A stretch of 46,010 nucleotides of DNA, filler included, from Jimgerdemannia flammicorona (Eukaryota), in assembly GCA_003990765.1 (NCBI GenBank). It is 2 parts of 2 records of this genome, joined end to end, with 100 filler letters (N's around TTAATTAATTAA, not from the genome) between each part and the next. Parts side by side here need not be neighbours in the genome. Positions count along the whole stretch, not along the records: positions 1 to 22,960 come from RBNJ01001178.1; 1 more part is not named here. The stretch is one strand, 5' to 3'. The notes beneath the pieces were generated by a model. It was not told where the DNA came from. It made no database searches and saw nothing but the letters and a program-made list of their open reading frames with translations. Position 1 is the stretch's first letter. Each line of letters begins with the position of its first letter. Positions 1-9,616 of this stretch are shown here, in pieces. A program made the position numbers and the translations under genes.

Positions 1-280
1 ACACCGAGACAACACCTTGTTGGTGACGGCAAAAGGAAGAAGGCGCCGCACCAAAACGGGTACACCCCAGACGCAGCTGAAGGCACCAGAATCCGCGAAA
101 AAGTGGAGGAAGCACCGATCTGACACCGATAAATGGGCAACTCATCACCATTGCCCTCCTCCCACCATGCCCCTGCAGGCACAGCAAACCAACCCGAGGT
201 AGAGGGGGTAATAATAGGGGAAAGGGGACTCGGAAGGTCGCCTACCAAACCTTGTGACCGGTAAGGTAGCGGAGAAAGGA
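1..280 (-). repeat. Repeat X, CpG-intact copy (5' end; runs off the window)
   Basis: Reverse complement aligns with 42564-42843; both copies stop at the same boundary (TCCTTTCTCC). Confidence 0.85.
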
Positions 281-282
281 GC

Positions 283-1530
283 TGTAAGTTCAAGTGTCTG
301 TACAAATAGTTATACAAGTTTAGGATATCAGTAGAATTTTGGTGATATAGAAAAAAAAATATCAGAAGAATTCTGAGTTATATAAAATCAGAATGCCAGA
401 AGAATAACAGTTACATAGGAAAAGGATGCTGATAGAATTTGATGTTACTAAGAACTTAAAGTAGAAAGTTCAGAACTATAAAGGCTTCATCTTTATCACT
501 ATTATTAAGGCCAGAGGTTGAAGACAGGATATCTTTAAAGGAGATGAGGTCTGTAAATGTTTTATCTATCTCATTACATATATCACACAGGATGATACAT
601 ATCATCACTGATGATATCATTACATTCAATAGTAGTGGGGGCTCTCCAATCTATGATATTCTCTTCCACAAAATAAAGAACAAATGTGGGGTCCTAGAGA
701 GGTCTAATCTGAATACTGGGGCCTTGGAATGCTGAGATCAATCTCTGTATAAATTGATCTGGGTTGTTCTGGAGGATGAGATACCAGAAGTCCTCTACTT
801 CATTACTATTGAGGGTGATAATAGACTGAGCCTCTGTGGCCACTATGGCCTCCAGTATATTAGTATAATAAGCTGACAGTTTCTTGAAGTCTGATATTCT
901 AATATATTCCAAGTTGGGGATCAATCATGATATATACCAGAAGATCTAATAAATCTTCTTTGCTATTCTTATTTTATATATCTATAGAGGTGACATCTTG
1001 AATCTTCTGGAGACTGGTCTGAGGGAATTTCTGGCAGAGGAGGTTTCTTATTTCATACTCCTACCATATCTAGAGATATTTGGTAGTAATGGTGATCCTT
1101 GTTTCTATTTCACAGTAATAGAGAATATAATGATAGAGGTCATCAGTACTCAGGTTGAGGCTAGGAGTCCTTCTTGTGCAGGTCCCCATGGCTCTTCTGA
1201 TGTCTTAAAATATTCTTTCTTAGACTGAGAGGCCTTAGTGATTCCTGGACCTTGAGGTTTGGCAAGCAGTAAGTATTTTGTTTATAGTAAGTCTTTGGAA
1301 CTATTTCTGTAAGCTTTGTTTGAATTGCTGCTATTATGGTTTCTTGATTCTTCTTTTATATTTCTTGAGATATCTGTCTTATAGTTATAATAACTTATGG
1401 TTGGTTATCATTGCTCATCTTGTAGCCTAGATAAGTCATACCATATGATCTTCTTATACTCCAATCTGGTGACTTATAAAGAAAGGCTGTCTTCTATACT
1501 AATATCATCATTCTGAGGTCACTATTATAA
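283..1530 (-). mobile_element. Degenerate LTR-retrotransposon relic, probably a long LTR containing an accessory ORF
   Basis: Terminus TGTAAG at 283, like the element D LTR; internal degenerate ORF homologous to the accessory family. Right boundary uncertain, no TSD found. Confidence 0.5.
580..1340 (-). pseudogene. Accessory-family ORF relic (HTH-like core)
   Basis: Manual translation: DIRRAMG..PSLNLSTDDLYHYILYY..EYEIRNLLCQ..SLQKIQDVTSID/KIRIAKKIY*IF..LIPNLEYIRISDFKKLS..FWYLILQNNPDQF. One frameshift near 980; stops compatible with C>T. Confidence 0.7.
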
Positions 1531-1956
1531 TATTTATTTAAAAAGAGTTTTTTTATTATTTTTTTAAAAGATAAAATAAATAATATTTTAAAAAATAAAT
1601 TATATAAAATTATAGTGAAATATTAAAAGAATAACTAAAATAAGTTTTAAATATATATCTCAATTTATTATCTATCTATTAAATAAAGAATATTTATAAA
1701 TAATTTCATTCCAAAACTGAACTAATAAATTTATTTTTTAGATTTTTTTTTAAAGATAAAATAAAAATTTAAAAATAATAAATTTGATATTTTTAAATAT
1801 CTCTAATATAAAACTATAATATATTATAATATAAAATATATTTATAAAGAGTATTTTTATTTAAATAATTAAAATATAAAATTTAATAAAACATTAGTTC
1901 AGTTTTGCAATATACTATATATAGCTAGTAAACTTATATAAATATCTCTAATATCT

Positions 1957-2380
1957 TATAATATAGTAGATATATAACTGTATATATATGGCAGATTCTA
2001 ACTTTCATATAAAGAAGAAAAGAATATATAAAGAAGACTTGTTTTTTTTTAATTGAACTGACTGAGGTTTATTCACTCTAAAATACTGAGTTATTATTAC
2101 AGATTGGTATACTAATTTTACTACTAAATATAAGACTAAGTAATAAGTCATTTTATGTAAAATTTCAAGTAGAATTTCATCTATATCTTAGATAGAATCT
2201 CATATAAAATCCTATCTAAAATTTGTAAAAGTAACAATAGTTTCACTGATAATATTCTAGATATAATATTCATAGTAAAGGTAATTTCTATACTATAATA
2301 AATTAGAAAATCAGATTTAGATATCATGATCAAATATCTATTCCCCTAATTCTTATTTCTATTTCATATTATATATTATA
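1957..2380 (-). mobile_element. Old AT-eroded solo LTR related to element B
   Basis: Starts TATAATATAGTAGAT (cf. TGTAATATAGCAGAT), shares GAGGTTTATTCACTC..ATACTGAGTTATT and GATCAA..TCTATTCCC with the B LTR; flanked by ATCT at 1953-1956 and 2381-2384 (4-bp TSD). Confidence 0.7.
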
Positions 2381-2857
2381 ATCTAGAGTAAAAAAATCTT
2401 AAATTAAAATAGTTCAAAGTAAAGACAAAGGAATTAGTAAGCTGTAGAGAGACATACTTCAAGCTCATCTACTCTTATATACTACTAAGAACTCTGAAGA
2501 GTCAAAGAAGATTAAATATTTAAGATAAAGAAATCTATTATACTTCTCAGATTAAATAGCTACTATATTATAATATTTATATTTTTTACTATTAGACTTG
2601 ATTAATATATATTTTGTAAAAGAAAAATGATCAATCTAATTATAAACTTCTTTTATTCAAAATTTAAAAAAAAAACCCCCTTTTTCTTTGATAAAAATTT
2701 CTTTAAAACTCTTATTTGTCATATTATAAAAATATATCAAACAAATTCACAAATAGAAAACAGTTGAAAAGAAAACAAAAAATTCAAAATGGCAAAATGG
2801 CATTGTTCATGATGTAATTAGCAGCGACCCTGTGCCAATATATGTATCTCCCTCTGC

Positions 2858-3556
2858 CTAGATATTCAAGATTTCCCATATATCATTCCGATCGATACAA
2901 TTGGGCGCCTCCAGCAACAATACCTCGCAATACTGTTTGGCGAGGTCGCCCTCTTGTTTGTTGTCTTTGAGCAGAGAGAACGGAGGGTCCGTCTCGTTGG
3001 GCTTCTTGCGTACATGGATGGACTCGATCGTTGTATTATGCGACGCGAGGTAGTGCTCGTCGGTGATCCTGTGGCGCAGCTTGAAGCGGTCCTTCGTGGT
3101 CAAGTATGACTTGGCGTTGAGGTCGATGTTGGCACCAGTATCGCTGGAGTCATCGTCACAAGGTAGTATCATCCACTCGTTCTTTTCGTTCGGCGACCCG
3201 GTCGTGAAGCAGCGGAGAGAGACCTCGCGCGCCGTCTTGGTCACGGGCGCGTCCTGTGTATGGCTACCGTGCAGGTAGAGCTTGTTGCTCGCGCCCTTCG
3301 CATACACCGGCTGGATGAAGACTATGTCGCCGAAGCGGATGTACGGGCCCTGGTCATCGCTGGACGGCGATTTGACGAACGTCCATACCAAGCTTTCGTT
3401 ATAGGCGGGATTCCCGAGGGGACATGTTGTTACAACAATACCGGTGTAGCCCTTCTGCGAACCATAGTAGAACTTCTTCCAACCCAAATATTTGTGGGTG
3501 CTGGCGTTCCGGAGGATCAGGCTCGAGCTAGTGGTTACCAGATCCATGCCGAGAGT
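2858..3556 (-). CDS. Host protein with MIR (beta-trefoil) repeats, 3' exon
   Basis: MIR-like motifs IRFGDIVFIQP..KLYLHGSH..APVT..REVS..NEW and DRFKLRHRITDEHYLASH; CpG-rich, stop-free frame. Probable intron 3557-3618 (GTACAG..CTGAC..CCGCAG). True 5' end not established. Confidence 0.75.
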   Translation of the reverse strand, partial: TLGMDLVTTSSSLILRNASTHKYLGWKKFYYGSQKGYTGIVVTTCPLGNPAYNESLVWTFVKSPSSDDQGPYIRFGDIVFIQPVYAKGASNKLYLHGSHTQDAPVTKTAREVSLRCFTTGSPNEKNEWMILPCDDDSSDTGANIDLNAKSYLTTKDRFKLRHRITDEHYLASHNTTIESIHVRKKPNETDPPFSLLKDNKQEGDLAKQYCEVLLLEAPNCIDRNDIWEILNI

Positions 3557-4009
3557 CTGCGGAGGGTAGATTGGAGATGACTGCTTTTTTTTTATCTGCG
3601 TCAGATGTTTGACTGTACCCAGCCACTTCATACTGAATGGCAAATCATTTTTTGTTCCAGTACCACAGTCTGGTTCATAAGCCAAACAAGTTGAAGGTTT
3701 TCTGAGAACAACAATAGCAAGTAATTATTTTTAAGCCCACTTCCAAATAAATTATTCAAGAGATTGCTAATTTATATCTTTAAAATATTATATTATATTT
3801 TTATTACTAAATAATTATATTTATATTTAAAATATTTTTATATAGATTTTATTTAATATTATTTAAAAAACAAATTAATATTCTAAATCAATTTATTAAA
3901 AAAAACATTTAAATAAAATAAATATAATTAGAGATATAATTAAAAATATTATAAAATTACAATTTAAAAAATTCTTAAAAAATAAAATAATAAAAATATA
4001 AGGTTTTAT

Positions 4010-4058
4010 TATAATAGTTCTAGTTTATTTAAAAGAAAGTAGTTAAATTTAAAGATTC
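4010..4058 (-). mobile_element. Older A-family LTR fragment (target of element A; continues at 22811-22842)
   Basis: TATAATAGTTCTAGTTTATTTAAAAGAAAGTAGTTAAATTTAAAGATTC joined to TGATAAGTTTGAAGTAGTTTGAAGAGATATTAA matches the first ~80 bp of the A LTR. Confidence 0.75.
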
Positions 4059-4336
4059 TGTAATAGTTCTAGTTTCTTTAAGAGGAAGCAGCTAAATCTG
4101 AAAGTTCTGATTAGTCTAAAGTAGTTTAAAGAGATACTTAAAGGTTTAAGTGTTCTTAAAGGATTTCTGAGAGAAAATATTCTGAGCTTTATTCAGACAG
4201 AGAACAAGAATATTTATACATGATCTGAAAGAAAGATCCAGAAGGATCTTGGAAAGAAAGAGAAATACCAAGAAATAGGTTTTTGGCAAAGCTGACTAAT
4301 ACTATTCTACAATATTCTAAAAGGTTCTATGACTAG

Positions 4337-4812
4337 TGTAACATAGCGGATGCTTACTCTTGAAAGTATGTCAGATTTCTGTATCTTGAAAACTTGACTG
4401 TTCTGACTCTCGCAGAGTCTCTTGAAGTGGCAGGGGAGGGTGGGTGAGTTTGAAGTGTATCTGCCCGCAGGCTTACTAGTTCCTTTACTATCTCTTTACT
4501 TTGAACTCTTTCAATATGAGGTTTATTCACTCAAAGATACTGAGTTATTTATACAAGTTTGCTAGCTATGCGAAGGTGGCTAAGTAATAAATGAGTCATT
4601 TGGACTTTGTCAAAACATTTGGACAATGTCTAAATGCTATACTAAATCGAGGTATTCGATTTGGATAATGTCCAAAATTTAGACAATGTCTAAGAATTTA
4701 GACAATGTTGAAATCGAGGACTGCTAACTATAATGCTATACTACTTTGGGAATGGGTGCGATCAAGTGTCTATTCCCTATTTCCTTCTTTCAAATCTGGC
4801 TGTACCGTCACA
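4337..4812 (-). repeat. 3' LTR of element B
   Basis: TGTAAC..GTCACA, near-identical to 10589-11064. Confidence 0.95.
4545..4712 (-). promoter_or_regulatory. B LTR promoter: TATA box, ATGAGTCAT site and five palindromic boxes
   Basis: TATAAATA on minus at ~4545-4553; ATGAGTCAT at 4591-4599; TT(G/A)GAC-AAT-GTC(C/T)AA-type boxes at 4600, 4619, 4661, 4679 and 4698; also present in the 5' LTR. Confidence 0.6.
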
Positions 4813-4849
4813 ACTTCCTCCTGAATGGATGGTCTCGTCCCTGAGGCAT

Positions 4850-5311
4850 CTATTCAAACTCCCAGGCTTCAACTGTCTGTATGGTCTTGTACTGTGCGAT
4901 TTGCTGCATGACTGTTTCCCAATGATGTCTTCTTACTTTCTCAAAGTCGGTAGGGGTTACTTCTCTCAGGTAGTCTATTGCTGCTTCATCTTCTCGGAAT
5001 AACTTGTGGATCCTTTTGGCAATAGTGATCTGTGAGTGGGAGAGTTGACACTCTGCAATCCAGTCCTCCTTGGTCTTTGCTGGATCCTGATTGAGCACCT
5101 GTCCAAGCTTGAAGTACTCTTGGAATTCTGTGCAGTACTGATAGGCTCTAAAGTGTGAGATCCAAGAGAGATGAGTCTGCACAATACTCTGAATATCCTC
5201 ATAGTATAGCTCTATGGTCGGAGGCTCGGTGGTGTGCCATTGTCTTTCGATGGCTCTTTGGGCAGCACTAGTGATCTTGAGTGCCATCACAGTACTTTTG
5301 TTACTGGCCAT
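4850..5311 (-). CDS. Element B ORF3: intact 153-aa accessory protein, putative HTH-like
   Basis: Open ORF between the integrase end and the PPT; its ATG (5311) overlaps the last codons of pol (stop 5301-5303); TATAAAAG at 5390-5397; motif YFKLGQVL..KEDWIAECQLSHSQITIAKRIHKLF..AIDYL. Confidence 0.8.
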   Translation of the reverse strand: MASNKSTVMALKITSAAQRAIERQWHTTEPPTIELYYEDIQSIVQTHLSWISHFRAYQYCTEFQEYFKLGQVLNQDPAKTKEDWIAECQLSHSQITIAKRIHKLFREDEAAIDYLREVTPTDFEKVRRHHWETVMQQIAQYKTIQTVEAWEFE

Positions 5312-6493
5312 GATATTTCTTGAGTTGGTTTCGGTGAATGGTGGTGGGGATTATTGTGCCTGAGGGTTTTCATAGCCAAAAGGTGGTCCCTTTTATATCT
5401 TGCACAAGGTAAGGTCCTTCCCACTTGGGCTCCAGTTTTCATGACCATGAAGCTTCAACCATATTCCAATACACCAGGACTTTGTCTCCTATCTTGATGA
5501 TCTCTAAGGATTTGTGGGTCTTTTCCGCATTCCTCTATTGTAGTGTCTGCGCCTTCGTTATGTAATCCTCAGCCTTCTTCCTGATTTGGTGTAGTCTCCG
5601 TATTTCCATGTCCACATATTTCTATACAGCATCTCCATTAGATAACAAGGTTCCCTGAGAACATTCTTCTCCGAACAGCATTTCTCGAGGGGTAAAGTGG
5701 GTGCTTTGTGATCGGATATCCCGGAGAGCAGATAATGCTATTGGCAGATAGTGATCCCAGTTCTCATAGTTATCACAGATCTTGGCGATAACATTCTTGA
5801 GGGTTTTGTTGGTTCTTTATACTTATCCGTTTCCTTGAGGGTGATAGGCTGTGGTCTGAATGTGCTGGATCTTGTACTTCTTGTAGAGAACTTCGAAGAA
5901 CTGGTTCACGAATTCGGTTCCTCTATCTGTAGTTACTTGTGTTGGGGTCTTGAACCAGCAGATGATTTCCTTGTGGAAGAAATCGGCGATTGACTGTGCA
6001 TTGGCTTCCTTGAGAGGTCCTGCTTCTATCCACTTTATAAAAAGGTCTATGATGACAATGATGTATCGGTTGCCAGTCAAAGTCAAGAGTAGGGGGCTGA
6101 TTACATCCATTGCAATGTGGGCGAATGGTACTGGTTCTATGTGTACTGATCCTGGGGCTTGATTCATTGGTCTTGTTTCTGTTTCTGGCATTTGTCACAG
6201 GTCTTGATGAATTGTCTGATATCTTCCTCCATCCCTGGCCACCATATTGTTCTCCTTGCCTTGTCATATGTATTCGTTCCTCCTAGATGGCCAAGTTCGT
6301 GTACTGATTTCATTACTTGCTCCTTCTTGTATTCTGGTATGACCAGTAGTTTTCCTTTCTTCAGTATTTCTCCGTCAGTTTCGAATTGTTTCCATGTTCT
6401 ATTAATAATCATTTGTGTCCATTCTTCCAGATGTTGGAGCATCTTTTGCTGTCCCAGGTATGTGATAATTCTGTAGTAGAGCTCCTTATTCAT
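5301..6493 (-). pseudogene. Element B integrase (HHCC, rve core, GPY/F; no chromodomain)
   Basis: HELGHLGG..CDKC, IAMD, TDRGTEF, TTAYHPQGNG, KWEGPYLV; frameshifts and stops. Confidence 0.9.
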
Positions 6494-6519
6494 GATTTAT
6501 TTGTTGGTTGGAGGTGGTT

Positions 6520-7900
6520 GGAGGTGTCTGTGAGAGAGCATCTGCATTGGAATTTGTTCTTCCAGGGCGGTGCATGATGGTTACATCATAGGCTTGTAAC
6601 TTCATTATCTATCTGGCATAGATTCCCTTAGGTTGTCCGGTTGTCAGTAGTCAGGTGAGAGCTGAGTGGTCTGTCTGGATGGTGAAGTGTCTTCCAGCCA
6701 GATAGTAGTGGAACTTTTCCATAGCCCAGATGACTGCAAGGTATTCCAACTTGTAGAACTCATATTCTTTTTCAGCCCCTCGAGTTCTGCGACTAAGATA
6801 TGCAATAATATACTCTTTTTTGTCTTCTTTTTGAGCCAGGACTGCTCCTAGTCCCTGTGCGCTTGCATCCATCTGAAGGATAAATTCTTGGGTCCAATTG
6901 GATCATCTGAGGATGGGTGCCTGAGTTAGTCTGACCTTGAGTTCATCAAATGCTTTTTGTTGTCTGCCAGTCCACTGGAACTTGGTATCCTTCTTGTTGA
7001 GTTCGTAGATTGGGCCTGCGATGTTGGAGAATCCTCTAATGAATCTGCAATAGTAGGAGGCAAGTCCCATGAAGGCTTGGGCTTCTGTGACAGTAGTGGG
7101 CCTTGGGTATGCTGCTACTGCTTGTATTTTGAGGGGGTCCGTGTGTGTTCCATCTCGATTGATGATATGGCCAAGATAGGAGATCTCGATTTCTGCAAAC
7201 TTGCACTTCTTGGGTTTGATATAAAGGCCATGTTGTCTTAGTCTCTCTATTATCTGCTATATGTGCTGCAGATGTTCCTTGGCTGTCTTGCTGTAGATGA
7301 TTACATCATCAACATAGACCATCATCTATCTTCCCATGTCATAGCAGAAGATTTTGTTCATTATTCGCTGAAAGCTTGCTGGTGCATTGCACATTCTAAA
7401 TGGCATTCATAGGTAGATGTAGGTTCCGTCTGGGGTGATGAAGGCTGACTTTTCACTTGCCACTTCTGTGAGTCCGATTTGGTGGAATCCTGAGTATAAG
7501 TCCAAGGTGCTGTAGTACTGTGCTTTGTCTCCCAGTATTATAAGGATGTCACTGATGAGCAGCAGTGGTTGGCGATCCTTCTTAGTGACTGCATTGAGCT
7601 TTCTGTAGTCAACACAGAGCCTTGAGGCAAATTCTCCAGGTTTGCTTCCTTTTTTTGGGGCTAGTACAACTGGTGAACACCAGGGGCTGCTGGCTTCTTT
7701 GATGATACCGGCTTCTTCCATCTGCTTGATTTCTTCTCTGAGCCATTCTCTGTAGGCTGGCAGGACAGGTCTTGCCTTCTGGTAAATTGGTTCGGTGTCT
7801 TCAGTATCTACCTCATGATAGTAGTGTGGAGTCTTTCCCTTGATATCCTTGAAATCCATGGCAAGGACATCCTTGAATTTGTGGAGTATTTCCTTGAGTT
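6520..7900 (-). pseudogene. Element B reverse transcriptase and RNase H
   Basis: SSPWCSPVVLAPKK, RLCVDYRKLN, LDLYSGFHQI, YVDD (~7305-7316), DASAQGLGAVLAQ, QTDHSAL. Confidence 0.92.
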
Positions 7901-7999
7901 CTTCCTTGAGTGGGAATTTGTCTCCAATGGTGTAACTGTGCTTGCTCATGTTTTCCTCCTTCTTATGCTTGAGTTCAGTGATCTTGGTGCTGGTGAATA

Positions 8000-8425
8000 C
8001 TTCTCTTCCTGTGGATCCGAATCCTTTCTTTCCTCTTTTCATTTCTTCCAGATTCTTGACTTCTATGATCTTTGGCTGTATGATTGGGAAGATCAACATC
8101 TGTGCCAATCGGTCCTTCTTCTTGACTGGGAATGGAATTGTAGGGTTGTGGTTCCTAGCAATGAGTAGAATTTCTCCAGTATAGTCTGAATCAATGACTC
8201 CTCCTTCAATTGTGATTTTGCTTCTAGCCAGGCTACTTCTTGTCTTGAGAATCCTGACATGATCCTTTGGGATGGTCATCTCTAGTCCAGTTGCGAGTAG
8301 GGTGGTTGTCTGGGGTTCAAGTACAGTTTCTTCTACTGTAGCGATGTCCATTCCGGCTGCATTTTCTGACTTGTATTCTGGCAAGACTGCATCAGGGTAG
8401 ATCTTTCGAATCTTGACCTTGATTT
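8000..8425 (-). CDS. Element B dUTPase domain (between PR and RT)
   Basis: All five trimeric dUTPase motifs: AAGMDI, RSSLA, GVIDSDYTG, RLAQM, RGKKGFGSTG; in frame with RT. Confidence 0.92.
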
Positions 8426-8555
8426 CTTCTTCATCATCACTGTCCTCTAGGAGGGCTGGTGGTTCATCATCTTCCTCTTTCTCTTCTTCCCTGATCTGTT
8501 TTTCGAGAGCTTTCTGGCTTCTTTCCTGGTAGATCTTCCTGGTTCTGATGGTGCA

Positions 8556-9320
8556 CTAGTAGCAATCGTTGACATGCTCCATACAGTACATCTTGATTCC
8601 ATGAGGACAGACTCCTTGTGGGGCATAGCCTTCAGTGATCTTCTTGCACCATTCTTCTTCACTCATCCATCCAACTTTCTTCTTCTTTGGGGTAGTCACC
8701 ATATAAGCTTCCTCTTGCTCGCTCTCTTCTTCCTCCATATCGGGCAGGACTCCTTTGTTGACATTGATGGGAATTCGTATCTTCTGTCCCCGGTAGGTGA
8801 TTTGCATCTTCTGGGCATTGAGATTGATTACCGCCTTGGCTTTGTGAAGCCATTGATTGCCAATGAGGATGTCATAGTTGGTGGCATTGGTTACAATTAC
8901 ATCTACTGGGATTGTTGCTCCTCCGATCTTGATAGGAACATCTTGGATCTTTTCCAGAGGTGTGGCTCTTGTGCCATCGGCTGTGACGAATACTAGCTTG
9001 GTTGCTTTTTCCACATCCCAACCTAGGTGGTCTGCTGCTTTCTTACTGAGAAGACATCCTCTTACTCCTGTATCAATGATGGCCTCAAAGACTCGATCCT
9101 CAATTTGGTATGTTGCATAAGCAGAGGTTTTGCGATTGTCCTCACTTTCTTCTCCTGAGTCCTCTTGAACATTATTGGCCTCGGTTATCTTCCATCCTTG
9201 TTCCTTGGTTGTTTTGGCAAGTCTAAACCTCATTTGCTGTCTGAATGTTGGGATTTCTGCGAGCTGACCAAAGGTTGCATTGACCTTTTGTTGACTGAGA
9301 TCCTTGAAGATATCATGAAG
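8556..9320 (-). pseudogene. Element B aspartic protease region
   Basis: AIIDTG catalytic motif and YDILIGNQWL. Confidence 0.88.
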
Positions 9321-9616
9321 GTCTTGGTCTTGCGAAGCTTCTTTTCTTTTTCTTCTTCACTGGCTGGAGTGGTTCCTCAGATGATATCTTGAACTGCTTG
9401 CTCCAGCTTGATATCTTGGTCCATCTCTTCAGCTTGGCTTTCTGTGTCAGTTTCCATCTGCTTTTCCACTGGGTTCTTCTTGGGTCTTCCTGGTGGTCTC
9501 TTATAGGGTTCTTTGTGAACATCCTTCTTGGTGGTCTGAGCAGGATAGGCCTCCCATTCTTCTTCGTCAGATTCTCCGATTTCTTCAAAGGTGATTGTAT
9601 TGGCCTGCTCCTTATT

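Noticed and set aside
4600..4712. Short spaced repeats resembling a CRISPR array
   Set aside because: Repeats are 15 bp with mostly 3-4 bp spacers inside a eukaryotic LTR; no cas genes.
4850..5311. ORF3 as an env-like gene
   Set aside because: No signal peptide, transmembrane segment or cleavage motif, and it is too short.
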